A stretch of 64,000 nucleotides of DNA from a virus. A model generated the notes under the pieces. That model was given only the letters and a program-made list of their open reading frames with translations, searched no databases and was not told the origin of the DNA. Shown here one piece after another: positions 8,527-18,389 of this stretch (position 1 is the stretch's first letter; the number at the start of each line of letters is the position of its first letter). The translations under genes and the position numbers were made by a program. The stretch covers positions 27,672-91,671 of IMG/VR virus record IMGVR_UViG_3300020392_000009. One strand, given 5' to 3'.

Positions 8527-11016
8527 TTATTTTGGTATTTTAACAGAATTAAATTTATCTTCGTAAATATCCCAAATACCTTCATCTCCGGCTTTATCGG
8601 CAGGTTTTTGTTTATATCCAGTCCATGCTAGCCACATCTTTTTATCCTCAACAGGTAAATATCTAATATGTAACTTAGTTTCAAATTTGTTACCTTCTAA
8701 GAAATATTCGTGATATCCATTTCGTTGTATTCCTAATTTTATCTTACCGTAATCAATGGTTTTTTTGTTTTGAACATTTTCTGAAACTTCGGCAGGGTAT
8801 TTGCCTGCCGCACCAAATAAATCAAATAGTTCTTTTTCATCATCAACCTCAATAGTCCAGTGTAAATTTTTATCTTTTAATCTAATTGAAAATTGTATAT
8901 TGTTATCTTTTCTAAGCGATATTTTGAATTCGCCCTCTCTATATTTTTCAGGAGTTTCATATTTTTTAATTTCGTCTGCACCAAATTTAAATTCGGGGTC
9001 TGCCTTTATTTTATTGCTCTGTCCTTCTAATATCGGTTCTCGTTGAACAGCCCAATCTCTTAGTTTACTTTGTTTAGCATCTAGTATATCTTGATACAAA
9101 CTTCTATGATTAGTTATTAAGAATTCATGTAGTTGTCGAGTTGTTTGCTCTCCCTTCTTAGTTAGGAATTGATGAATAGCCGCAGTAAGTTCTCCCTGTT
9201 TTGTTTTCATTATCTCTATCGCTTTGCTTTTCCACATATCTAAATCTGCTAAAGCATTCTTTGACATTAAATTGTTTTCTTCAAAGCCATAAAGGGTAAA
9301 ACCATTCATATCATATTTGAGAATAGCAGTAGTTTCTCCATGAACATAATCTGTTACCTTGATTCCTTTTTCCAATGCTGAAACATCATAGTTCAAAGAC
9401 TTCTTTGTGTCTTTAGCAAGCATGGCTAAAGTAACTAATTTATCCGGATATTCTACTTCCGGAACTTCAATTACCTTAGCAGAAAATAAAGAGTAGCCGT
9501 TAGCCGTTTTCTTAACTTCATCTACCTTTACTCTAATTATATCCCCGACATCAACTGCTATCTTAGTGTTTAGTGCTTTGCCTACATCTAGATATCTTAT
9601 ATCGTCTATTTCAACAGTATTAGGTATATCGTCTAATATTGGGCCAACTCCTACACTATAAGAATGCAAGCCACTTTTTGTCTTAGTTTTACTAAGAACT
9701 ACTACATCTAAGTCTACAAACTTTTTCCATTTGACCCATTTAGGGTTCTTTTTAGTTCCCACATAATATATTGAAGTAATGTCTTTTATCATGACTCCTT
9801 CCGCAGTAGGAATATCCATTATGTCTTTAGAGTATTCCGCTACCTCCTTAATTGAATCAGCAAAGCGAGTATCTTTCTTTGAGGGGAAAAGTAGAACATC
9901 AGAAGAGTGCTGTGAATAATTATTAAACAGAGTCCTAATTCTACTATCTAATTCTTCTTCTAATAACATTTGAGAATCATGCCTCATAATATCAAAGACA
10001 TGGGCTTTTAGAGTGGCTTCAGGATATTTATTTTTAAATACATGAGCAATTGTATCAGCCCGATGCAGTGCTTCTTTACCATCAAATAGAATTAGTTCTG
10101 CATCCAAAATACACTCTCCGAAGTGTTTTGCTTTTAATTCTCTAACTATATCTTTACACTTTTCAGTAATGTCTTTTTGATTATATGAGTATATCTTTAT
10201 ATTACCGTCTATTTTATGCAGTTGTATTCTCATACCGTCATACTTTTCTTGAACAATATATTCTCCACTAAATCCTTTTAGTTCGTTCATATCATTTATC
10301 TCAAATATTCTATACATTGGTTTGTTGGGAATAATAAAGTCGCTTTGGGCTTTTTCTGCTTTCTTCATATCAATATCTAAAAGTTCATCCCAATCTTCTT
10401 CACTGTGTTGTGAAAAGTAAATTAACTCTAACATATCCATAGCGGCTTTAACTTTGGATTTGACCTTTTTAGAATCTTTATCATCACCATAGTTTTCTAT
10501 TATGTATAGTGCCACATCATCCGGTTCTAAATCTAGTCCTGCTAGTCCATCGGTCAAAGTATCTTCTTCCATATCTTTTATTTGTAGGGTTTCTTTTCCT
10601 AGTGCATGAGTGTTATCTCTGATAGCATAATGAACAAACTTAACCATAGATTCAGGATTATCTAGTAACTCTTCTAAGACACCTTCTCCAAATCTTTTAG
10701 CAAATGGGTCTATAACGACATCCGATTTATATCTAATAAGTTTAATATCTTCATAAAGTTCTCTTGCTTGAGGAGATGTGGGGTCACTAACATCTTGATG
10801 TTCTAATAGATTCCTTTCTATAAAGTTCTTTAATTCTCTGCCTGCTACATTTAATTTATCATAAGATTCTCTAACTTGCTCTACAGCCTTTCTCCATTTG
10901 TGACCGTATTCTTTAGGGTCACTATTAGCAGATAAAAAGGCCACTCTAGTTATCTCAAATAATTTTACTAACTCTACCGATGAACGCTTGTCTTTTTCAA
11001 AAGAGCCGAGTTTCAA
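8527..11016 (-). CDS. Multidomain ATP-dependent DNA ligase in the head module
   Basis: Motif I QEKYDGMRIQ, ILDAEL, VFDIM, EGVMIK, WVKWK, an OB fold, extra N-terminal helical and C-terminal domains. Confidence 0.85.
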   Translation of the reverse strand: MKLGSFEKDKRSSVELVKLFEITRVAFLSANSDPKEYGHKWRKAVEQVRESYDKLNVAGRELKNFIERNLLEHQDVSDPTSPQARELYEDIKLIRYKSDVVIDPFAKRFGEGVLEELLDNPESMVKFVHYAIRDNTHALGKETLQIKDMEEDTLTDGLAGLDLEPDDVALYIIENYGDDKDSKKVKSKVKAAMDMLELIYFSQHSEEDWDELLDIDMKKAEKAQSDFIIPNKPMYRIFEINDMNELKGFSGEYIVQEKYDGMRIQLHKIDGNIKIYSYNQKDITEKCKDIVRELKAKHFGECILDAELILFDGKEALHRADTIAHVFKNKYPEATLKAHVFDIMRHDSQMLLEEELDSRIRTLFNNYSQHSSDVLLFPSKKDTRFADSIKEVAEYSKDIMDIPTAEGVMIKDITSIYYVGTKKNPKWVKWKKFVDLDVVVLSKTKTKSGLHSYSVGVGPILDDIPNTVEIDDIRYLDVGKALNTKIAVDVGDIIRVKVDEVKKTANGYSLFSAKVIEVPEVEYPDKLVTLAMLAKDTKKSLNYDVSALEKGIKVTDYVHGETTAILKYDMNGFTLYGFEENNLMSKNALADLDMWKSKAIEIMKTKQGELTAAIHQFLTKKGEQTTRQLHEFLITNHRSLYQDILDAKQSKLRDWAVQREPILEGQSNKIKADPEFKFGADEIKKYETPEKYREGEFKISLRKDNNIQFSIRLKDKNLHWTIEVDDEKELFDLFGAAGKYPAEVSENVQNKKTIDYGKIKLGIQRNGYHEYFLEGNKFETKLHIRYLPVEDKKMWLAWTGYKQKPADKAGDEGIWDIYEDKFNSVKIPK

Positions 11017-11030
11017 AACAACCCCGCCCT

Positions 11031-11279
11031 TTAGAACTCATATGTATCTCCGGCTTGGCCGTAACCTACATTTGTTCCTTCTTTTTGACTTTCCGGAACA
11101 TTTTCCTCTTCTTTTGCTTTAGGTCTTTTTAGTTTCACTGCTTCATTTTTATCTTCAGAGGGAAGCCTATTATTATCTGTAAGAGATTGATGTAGTATTT
11201 CTTTAACTTCTTTGGCCTTCTCTATGGTCATAGAAATGACTCTTTCTTTCTTTGTTACTCTTTCCGGCATATACATCAT
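11031..11279 (-). CDS. Hypothetical small protein, head module
   Basis: Overlap-coupled to the upstream ORF. Confidence 0.6.
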   Translation of the reverse strand: MMYMPERVTKKERVISMTIEKAKEVKEILHQSLTDNNRLPSEDKNEAVKLKRPKAKEEENVPESQKEGTNVGYGQAGDTYEF

Positions 11280-11515
11280 CCCATACTGTCTACCATTTTA
11301 TGAATTTCGCTCCATTCCATGCCACTTACTTCTTCCTTAGTATCTATTACTTTCATCGTAGGAGATGGGCTATTTACAACAACAAGACCGGATTTCATTA
11401 ATAGATTATCGTCATTGTAAACCGTTCTTTCTAAGTTTTCTATCTTAGCAGTAAGGGCTTTTATTATCTCAAGTAGTTCTTTATTAATTGATTCTTCTTC
11501 ACTCATTTTTCTCAC
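11276..11515 (-). CDS. Small scaffold-like protein
   Basis: Coiled-coil N-terminus. C-terminal MEWSEIHKMV is nearly identical to the protease-scaffold C-terminus. Confidence 0.65.
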   Translation of the reverse strand: MRKMSEEESINKELLEIIKALTAKIENLERTVYNDDNLLMKSGLVVVNSPSPTMKVIDTKEEVSGMEWSEIHKMVDSMG

Positions 11516-11864
11516 CTTTTCTTTTTGGATAAACTAAATCTCTAATCTGTCTATAAAGCAGTTCATACTCTTTACGAAGTTTCGTAGCAGTGGCGACTAT
11601 ATCAATATTCCTTTCATCCATAGATTTTACTTTTTTATTTAATTTCTTATCAGATTTAGTAAAATCTAATGCGTCAATCATCTCTAGTAAATCACCTAAT
11701 TTAGTAAAGTCTTGACCAAAAAATTCAGTTGGTTCAGCCGCTTGTAATGTTTTCTTTAATTTCTTTTTCTGTTTAGGGTTTAAAGAATCTAATATATTTT
11801 CAGACTTCTTTTCCTCTTTAGATATATCGAATGTTTTTCCCTCTTCATAATAATCCCATGTCAT
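11499..11864 (-). CDS. Hypothetical protein, head module
   Basis: 121 aa, co-oriented. Confidence 0.65.
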   Translation of the reverse strand: MTWDYYEEGKTFDISKEEKKSENILDSLNPKQKKKLKKTLQAAEPTEFFGQDFTKLGDLLEMIDALDFTKSDKKLNKKVKSMDERNIDIVATATKLRKEYELLYRQIRDLVYPKRKGEKNE

Positions 11865-11868
11865 TTTA

Positions 11869-13572
11869 TCAATCCCTTTTTTCTAACATATTTCTAACTA
11901 TATTTATCTGTTCCTGTAAAGAATCAAATCTAGTATTTACTCTGTCTACTAAATCTCCAATAAGTCTAACTTCTTTAGGGGTAGTATCTCCTATTCCTGC
12001 TCCTACTTTTCCATATATATTCAGGTCTAGACTTACACTCTTTTCGGCGTTTCCTATCCACTCTTCTAGAGATTGTTCGTTTTCTTTGTTTAGTTGTCTT
12101 AATATTCTGTCTATTTCCTTTACTCCCTGTGCGGCAAGTTTTACTTTATTACCTAATGTCACTTGGGCTTGGAAGATTTCTTGGTCACCTGTATATTCTC
12201 CAATTAGACCCCTAGCGTCACGAAATAGTGGCCTATATTTTTCTACGGTTTTTAATTTAGTTTCTATTTCTGCAAGTCTTTGTTTTTCTATTTCTAACTG
12301 ACCTTCTATTTCTTTTTGAATGTCTTTTCTTGCTTCCTGTAATATTTCCGGCTGTGCAGACTGAAGTTCTTCCAACATATCTTCTATTTGTTTTTTGGTT
12401 AATCTTCTAGAAATATTTCCCAATTTTACTCTAACTGCTCCCTCGGCCTCTTCGACTAACTGTCGTCTTGGGTCTGATTTTCTCAACTCCCTTCTTTTCT
12501 TGGCATCTCTTTTGTATCTCTCTAATCTAGCAGTTTCTTTTTTTCTTTCTCGTTCAATGCTTTCTGCTATTCTTCGTTGCTGTTCTTCTTCTTCAGGAGT
12601 TTTATCCCTCTTAGGTTTTTTATCAAGGGCTTCTCTAAACTTACTATCATCTACTAATGCCCTATCTGTATCATCGGAAGCAATATCCGGTAGTCTTTGT
12701 GCTACATATTCAGCAATTTTTCTTTGAACAGTAGAATAGGCTAAGGTCAGAGCCTTCATTCTTCTTTCAATTAGTATTTCTAAGTCAGCATCCTTTAGAG
12801 TATCTAAATCATCAATCTGTTTAGTTAGTAATTCTTTAGCACTCATAAGTTCACTAAAAGCAAACATGCTTCTATTTAACGACTTAAGCATGTCCTGTTG
12901 TATTTCCTTCTGTCTTACTATTCCACCGGTAGGGTCGCCAATAACTATGGAACTAATCAGTCTATTCAGTTGTTGCCTACTTCTAGGTTTATCAATTAAA
13001 GAAGGAGGTATTTCACCGCTAAATCTTCTAGTATATAGCCCCTGTAAAAAAGTTAGAAAATCTTCGTCTGCACCTAGTTCGATATATTCCCGTTGTAGTT
13101 TTTTAACATCTACTAATTCAGAACTATCTCCTTCCCCTAATCTAAACTTTCCATTGATGATAAATTCTTCATAAGGTTGCTCCATCAAAAGATTTCTTCT
13201 ACTCTGTAAAAACACCAATTTGTCGATAATGATATTTATATTGGCCTTACTTATTTTCTTGAAAGTATTTCTAGACATTATATCATAAACGCCATCTTCT
13301 ACTGTTCCTCTTTCTTTTATATCTTTCATGTCTTGTAGATATTGATTAAGAACTCTAATATCTCTAGCAGGTTTTCTTCTCCGCTTTTTAGCCATATCGG
13401 TTTTTAGCCTTTCAGCCGCTTCCTCTACCTCAGTCTGTCTAGTTCTATCTTCTAGAGGGTCGAGTCCCTCACTAAAATTTTCTTCTAATTTTTTATCTTC
13501 TTCTAAGTCTCTTGCTATTTCGTCAGGTATGGAGTCATCATCCTCATCTTCCTGTTTGAAAAACAAAGTCAT
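11869..13572 (-). CDS. Large coiled-coil protein
   Basis: 567 aa, highly charged and helical, GGTGA RBS. Confidence 0.75.
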   Translation of the reverse strand: MTLFFKQEDEDDDSIPDEIARDLEEDKKLEENFSEGLDPLEDRTRQTEVEEAAERLKTDMAKKRRRKPARDIRVLNQYLQDMKDIKERGTVEDGVYDIMSRNTFKKISKANINIIIDKLVFLQSRRNLLMEQPYEEFIINGKFRLGEGDSSELVDVKKLQREYIELGADEDFLTFLQGLYTRRFSGEIPPSLIDKPRSRQQLNRLISSIVIGDPTGGIVRQKEIQQDMLKSLNRSMFAFSELMSAKELLTKQIDDLDTLKDADLEILIERRMKALTLAYSTVQRKIAEYVAQRLPDIASDDTDRALVDDSKFREALDKKPKRDKTPEEEEQQRRIAESIERERKKETARLERYKRDAKKRRELRKSDPRRQLVEEAEGAVRVKLGNISRRLTKKQIEDMLEELQSAQPEILQEARKDIQKEIEGQLEIEKQRLAEIETKLKTVEKYRPLFRDARGLIGEYTGDQEIFQAQVTLGNKVKLAAQGVKEIDRILRQLNKENEQSLEEWIGNAEKSVSLDLNIYGKVGAGIGDTTPKEVRLIGDLVDRVNTRFDSLQEQINIVRNMLEKRD

Positions 13573-13581
13573 CTAATCACC

Positions 13582-13806
13582 CTAGAATGGAATATTTTCT
13601 TTTTTTCCTCTCTGTTTAGGTGGAAGAGTTATCACATCGGGGATATCCGCACTACTAGGCCTTGATTTTGGTGTAGTGTCTTTTGGCAGTCCTACACTAA
13701 AATCTCTATTTTTAGTAGTCTTTCTACTTTCGTTATTATTAGCGGCTCTTACCTGTGCCAACTCTTTTCTTAGTCTTATTTCTTTTTGTCTATTATCTTC
13801 GGTCAT
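13582..13806 (-). CDS. Hypothetical small protein
   Basis: ATGA overlap with the portal stop. Confidence 0.6.
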   Translation of the reverse strand: MTEDNRQKEIRLRKELAQVRAANNNESRKTTKNRDFSVGLPKDTTPKSRPSSADIPDVITLPPKQRGKKENIPF

Positions 13807-15437
13807 GGTATTCTCCTCTCACTTCTTCTATCTACATTTTGATTGCCAGCATCTTCGGGTAATCCTGTTAGTCGCTTATCCGGCCCTACACTCATAGAAG
13901 GTTTATTTCTTGTGGTTGCTGGATTTTCTTGTTTCTTTGAACCTTGTAATTGTTGTTCTTGCATTTGCCCCAATTGGCTTGCATCAATATTAGTTCCCGC
14001 ATAAGGGTCTAATTCGACTTCATCTTCACTAGAACCTTCTTGTGGAGGTTCTTCAACAGGTTCAGGCTTTTTGAAAGTAAAGTTTCCATCTTCATCCATT
14101 TCAACTTCAAAACCTAGATTCTTAGTAGAGGCCGCAATATTAACTTCGATTTCTCTTTTTCTTAATACTGCTATTTCATCTTCTTCTTCGCTCGGTGGTA
14201 GTTTTAGATTCCAGTCAGTAATGCCAAATTGCTTAACTAAAAATGGAAATACATAATTGTTGTAAACATTCTGTGCCATTTGAACGGCTCTATTAGTTAC
14301 TAATATCTGCATACCCTCATTATTCAATCCGCCACTAGTAGTATTATCTGCCATAAACACTTTACTAACCCCAAAGAAAGCAGAAATTCTATCTCTTAAA
14401 TCATCCTTAACAGAAACATACTCCATTTCTTTTAGACTATCCATAAATTTAATCCATTCTACTGAACCTTTACCTTCTGCTTCTATACCCATAATAGGAA
14501 TAAAGTGAGGGTCTTGTTCCATCTTTTCTTTTACGGCTTTCCAAAAAGATTGCATGGAGTCCATGTTTCTAGTTTGAACTGCTAATAATCCTCTAGGCAT
14601 ACGGCTCTTAGTGTAAGATGAATTAACATAGTTCTCCATAGCAATAAGAGTCATTATATTATTAAATAAAGTAACAATAGGAGACTGACCATATAATCTA
14701 GAAGGACTATATTTACTAAAATGTAATACTTCTCCTTTCAAGAAATACTGTTCTTCTCCAGTTGCCCTATTAACATAATGAACAGGGAATGTCTTAGCAC
14801 CACACTGTTCACAAGGAACATGAGCGTCTTTTGAGAAAAATTCTCTATGATTAACACAAGTAAAAGCACTATTTCCTCTTTCTCCATATTCATCAGTGTA
14901 GATATACATTGTTGCAGGGTCGCCACGATATACTTCTTTGATTCGATGCATTCTAATATCACCATTACCATCTAAAAAGTATTCTTTTACCAATACGATG
15001 TAAGCGTCATCCATAACATTTAGGTCATCCTCTAATTGTTTTAGCACATCAATAAACAACTGCTCTGATTTATTGACATATCCCTCAATAAACTCCTCTG
15101 CATATTTTAGTTGGTCTACATCCGGAACTTTTAGTTTTTCACTACCACATCTAGAACATTCAGAGACAGGCCTTTGGTGTTTCTTTTTACAGTTTAAACA
15201 CATAGCCTCGTATGCCTTTTCCCAAACATACCCTCTACGAAATATCTCTTGCTTTAATTGAGTAATACAGGTTCTAACAATTACCGACTGATTTACTATG
15301 TGGTAAATTAAAGGGGCAGTCATATGATAGGTATTTGGCCTCTCTTGTATTCCTATATTGTAGATTTGCCTATCAGCAGGTTTAGGAGTAGTTCTTCTAA
15401 ATAAATTCCTAATTGAGAATCGTCTTTGCTCAACCAT
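13803..15437 (-). CDS. Portal protein with Zn-finger-like insertions
   Basis: EVLHF...RLYGQSPI, MPRGLL, ISAFFGV are HK97-type portal motifs. Also CLNC/CSRC and CVNH/CEQC inserts. Confidence 0.85.
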   Translation of the reverse strand: MVEQRRFSIRNLFRRTTPKPADRQIYNIGIQERPNTYHMTAPLIYHIVNQSVIVRTCITQLKQEIFRRGYVWEKAYEAMCLNCKKKHQRPVSECSRCGSEKLKVPDVDQLKYAEEFIEGYVNKSEQLFIDVLKQLEDDLNVMDDAYIVLVKEYFLDGNGDIRMHRIKEVYRGDPATMYIYTDEYGERGNSAFTCVNHREFFSKDAHVPCEQCGAKTFPVHYVNRATGEEQYFLKGEVLHFSKYSPSRLYGQSPIVTLFNNIMTLIAMENYVNSSYTKSRMPRGLLAVQTRNMDSMQSFWKAVKEKMEQDPHFIPIMGIEAEGKGSVEWIKFMDSLKEMEYVSVKDDLRDRISAFFGVSKVFMADNTTSGGLNNEGMQILVTNRAVQMAQNVYNNYVFPFLVKQFGITDWNLKLPPSEEEDEIAVLRKREIEVNIAASTKNLGFEVEMDEDGNFTFKKPEPVEEPPQEGSSEDEVELDPYAGTNIDASQLGQMQEQQLQGSKKQENPATTRNKPSMSVGPDKRLTGLPEDAGNQNVDRRSERRIP

Positions 15438-15489
15438 ATAACCTACCCCTAATCATTCTCAATCTACTACACATTATAGTATCTTTGGC

Positions 15490-15837
15490 TCAACTTCCCT
15501 TTCGCCACTTTTTATTTTTCTTTTCTTTTGTTTTTCTAGGACTCCATTTTACTTTATCAGCCCAATAAGCCGCAGACATTTTACCCCTCTTAATATTCTT
15601 TTTATGTCTACTTTTGAAAGCCCTTCGCTGTCCTGCGGTTTGATTTGTTTTTACTCCTTGTTGCCCAAACCTAATTGTTTTTACTTTATCACCATCTTTT
15701 ACAACAACAATGTGAGATTTACTTGGGTGTTTTGGAGTTCTTTTTGGCTTGCTGAATCCACTTACTCCGGCTCTAGCAAGAGCAGGATGTTTCTTCTTCT
15801 TCTTGAGAATATCCATCCAATTACTCATAAGCATCAC
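15490..15837 (-). CDS. Basic WxDILK-tagged protein (widespread viral family)
   Basis: MSNWMDILKK...KTIRFGQQG...MSAAYWA. Confidence 0.7.
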   Translation of the reverse strand: MMLMSNWMDILKKKKKHPALARAGVSGFSKPKRTPKHPSKSHIVVVKDGDKVKTIRFGQQGVKTNQTAGQRRAFKSRHKKNIKRGKMSAAYWADKVKWSPRKTKEKKNKKWRKGS

Positions 15838-16393
15838 CTAACATATATCCTATTTTTTTTCCCGCCTCTATATCGCTTGGATAGTGGCTTCCCATCTGTA
15901 TTCTAGATAATGATATTCTATCAGCCATTTGTTTTAATTGTTTCTTCTTTTCTGGAAACTTTCTACCTAATACTCTTTCTAGCCCATGTGCTAGCATAGA
16001 GTGACCACTAGGAAAAGCAGGAGTATCATCAGTTGTTGTTTTTGTTGAGGATATTTTATCACTTACTTGATATGGTCTAGGCCTCATATACTTCATTTTT
16101 TCAGTAATAGCGTAGTGATTCACATCTAACATAAAATCTTTATAATCTTCTTTGTTTGCTTTAACAATTTTAAACATCTCTACATCGGGTTTTAAATCAG
16201 CATCCTTCATTTCTTTTGGTTCAAGTTTCTTTTCTTTCATAACCTTTAGAACTTCGGGTATTTCTTTTTCTTCTTTAGGGTAACTCATTTCGGGTATCTT
16301 TATTTTTATTGATGGATTTCTCTGTAGTGATTCTTTTCTATTAGCGGCAAGTTTTCCTTGCCACTTTCTTTTGAGAATATCCATCCAACTCAT
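15821..16393 (-). CDS. PAP2/haloperoxidase-superfamily phosphatase with a WxDILK tag
   Basis: KxxxxRPRP, PAFPSGH, SRIQMGSHYPSD. Confidence 0.85.
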   Translation of the reverse strand: MSWMDILKRKWQGKLAANRKESLQRNPSIKIKIPEMSYPKEEKEIPEVLKVMKEKKLEPKEMKDADLKPDVEMFKIVKANKEDYKDFMLDVNHYAITEKMKYMRPRPYQVSDKISSTKTTTDDTPAFPSGHSMLAHGLERVLGRKFPEKKKQLKQMADRISLSRIQMGSHYPSDIEAGKKIGYMLGDAYE

Positions 16394-16731
16394 GCTTTCA
16401 TCCTCTTTGTTTTTTCTTTGCTTGATTTTTTTCTTGCTAGTGCTACTTTATGTGCCGCATTTAATCTCTTTTTTGCTTCGGGGTCTTTAGCCCTTCTAGC
16501 CGCAACCCTCGCTCGTTGCTCTACTAAATTAATTATTTGTGATTGCCTCTTGTGAGGTTTATCCTTAAACGCAGAACTTGAGAAAGTTTCTCTTACATCT
16601 TGTGCTGTTCTAAATTTAACAGGAACAGTATCTTTTGGATTCTCATCTGTATATAATCTTCTAGCAGAACCTTTTGGTTTTTTACCCGTTCCTTTCTTTG
16701 GGTCTTTCTTTATAATATCTTGCCAACTCAT
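16390..16731 (-). CDS. Basic WxDIIK-tagged protein
   Basis: MSWQDIIKKDPKKGTGKKPKGSARRLYTDENP. Confidence 0.7.
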   Translation of the reverse strand: MSWQDIIKKDPKKGTGKKPKGSARRLYTDENPKDTVPVKFRTAQDVRETFSSSAFKDKPHKRQSQIINLVEQRARVAARRAKDPEAKKRLNAAHKVALARKKSSKEKTKRMKA

Positions 16732-17291
16732 TACAATTTTTCCCTCTTTTCTTTTTCTCTTTTCTCTTTAATTTTTTGGTATCTTTTCCTATCATATTCT
16801 ATTTTTCTTTCTCTAACTTCCGGCCTTTGGGTATATTCCTTGTCATATGCAACTTTTTTTGCTCTAACTTCTGGTTTTTGAACATATTCTCTTCTTCTTT
16901 GTTTAACTGATTTTTTCCATAGTTCTTCTAAATTGTTAATTAATTCTTGATACCTTTTCCCTTCGGCAATACTCATTAGTCTATAAAATTCTTGTTCAGT
17001 AATGTTATTTATAAATTTTCCAATACTTATTGCTTGCATAAGACCTTTTGACGCTTTAATGTTTTTACTATCTTCTCTTGGAATATTAAATACATCTGAT
17101 AAAAATAATTGAAAGTTGTTAATTTGTCGATTAGACTTAAGAATATCTTTCCAACTCTTTTTTACATAGCCACTAGCATAAGCCGCTTGAGCGACTTGAA
17201 CTGCCTTTTTTCTTGTTTTAAATGGCCCTCTTGAACCCCAATAATAGCCATCTTTCTTTTTAGTAATAGGCATATTATCTACCCCTATCAA
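16731..17291 (-). CDS. Basic protein with an internal KSWKDILKS tag (apparent fusion)
   Basis: Short N-terminal domain (YYWGSRGPF...AAYASGY), then KKSWKDILKS. Confidence 0.7.
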   Translation of the reverse strand: MIGVDNMPITKKKDGYYWGSRGPFKTRKKAVQVAQAAYASGYVKKSWKDILKSNRQINNFQLFLSDVFNIPREDSKNIKASKGLMQAISIGKFINNITEQEFYRLMSIAEGKRYQELINNLEELWKKSVKQRRREYVQKPEVRAKKVAYDKEYTQRPEVRERKIEYDRKRYQKIKEKREKEKREKL

Positions 17292-17772
17292 AAGATTGTT
17301 CTAAATCTTTAGCATATCTAAGCATATTTCTACCTTCTCTAATTCTTTTTCTACTACCAGTCATTAATAACTCTCCAGTTAATTTCATCATCTTTATTGT
17401 TTTTTGAAACATGGCTTCTATTCCTTCATCTAATTTATCGGAATATTTTCTACGCCGTGTATATTTTCCCCTTTCAAAATCTTTTAAGACATTTTCAACT
17501 ATTTTATTTGTAATTCCTTGTTGTAGGCTACCCTGTGATAATTCAAACCATCTACCGTCAGCGTAAAATTCAGCAAGAAAATTATAATACTCTTCAAATT
17601 TTTCCTGTGGAACTTGTATCGGTATTGAAGAAAGATTCTGTGGTTTAGATGTAAAGACATTACCTATATTTTGTTTAGTCCCTTTTCTTTGTAACCAAAG
17701 ATTAGCATTAGTGGCCATTCTGCCAACTATTGCTGTTTGTTTGATTACATTTAGCCAAGACATTTTAATCAC
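17275..17772 (-). CDS. Hypothetical tagged protein
   Basis: MSWLNVIKQ near the start. Confidence 0.65.
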   Translation of the reverse strand: MIKMSWLNVIKQTAIVGRMATNANLWLQRKGTKQNIGNVFTSKPQNLSSIPIQVPQEKFEEYYNFLAEFYADGRWFELSQGSLQQGITNKIVENVLKDFERGKYTRRRKYSDKLDEGIEAMFQKTIKMMKLTGELLMTGSRKRIREGRNMLRYAKDLEQSFDRGR

Positions 17773-18119
17773 TTTTGACTAAACTTCTTTCCTGTTGGAA
17801 CATGCTGTTTTCCCTTCTTTCGGCCTTTTCTTTTCTTAGCATCTTGATACCTTAGAGTTTTTTTATCTGTTCTTTTGTAGGTCGCTCTCGGCATGTATCT
17901 TCCTTTGGTCTTTGATTTAGGTTTTTTACCCTTATCTTTGGCTCTATGTTGTTCAGCACTTCCCCAATCCTCATCAGTCCATGTGGATAAATCCCGTTGC
18001 CTTTTCGATTTTGCTTTTAGGATATTACGCCAATTAATTCTTATAGCCACCACCAGCCCTTTTATATGCTTGAGCCAACATTTGTGCTTTTCTTGCAGAC
18101 CATTGACCTGCTGCACCAC
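17769..18119 (-). CDS. Basic tagged protein (true start probably near 18050)
   Basis: NWRNILKA...WTDEDWG...GRYMP; the upstream part overlaps the neighbouring ORF. Confidence 0.6.
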   Translation of the reverse strand: MVQQVNGLQEKHKCWLKHIKGLVVAIRINWRNILKAKSKRQRDLSTWTDEDWGSAEQHRAKDKGKKPKSKTKGRYMPRATYKRTDKKTLRYQDAKKRKGRKKGKQHVPTGKKFSQK

Positions 18120-18246
18120 CCTTAGTTCCTCTTTTTATTCTATTGAATATTCTTTTACGCATAGCGGGTTTAGTATAATTACCCGACTGATTAACAGTTG
18201 ATTTTCGCTTTTTCTTTTTCTTTTTCAATATATCTTGCCAACTCAT
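18034..18246 (-). CDS. Small basic tagged protein
   Basis: MSWQDILKKKKKK...NYTKP...GQWSARKAQMLAQAYKRAGGGY. Confidence 0.75.
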   Translation of the reverse strand: MSWQDILKKKKKKRKSTVNQSGNYTKPAMRKRIFNRIKRGTKGGAAGQWSARKAQMLAQAYKRAGGGYKN

Positions 18247-18389
18247 TTCTTCATCCCCTTTGGCTTATCTGCCTGTTCCCAACATCTTCTACAAAAACCA
18301 AATGGGTGAACATCTCTTGTCATATAACATCTACCGCAGTATTTGAAATTAAGTTTCTGCTTCTTAATTACCCACTCTTTAGTATTCAA
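18243..18389 (-). CDS. 48-aa Zn-finger protein (not in the ORF track)
   Basis: TTG start overlaps the upstream TGA. Reads MNTKEWVIKKQKLNFKYCGRCYMTRDVHPFGFCRRCW...; its stop overlaps the next ATG. Confidence 0.6.
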   Translation of the reverse strand: MNTKEWVIKKQKLNFKYCGRCYMTRDVHPFGFCRRCWEQADKPKGMKK

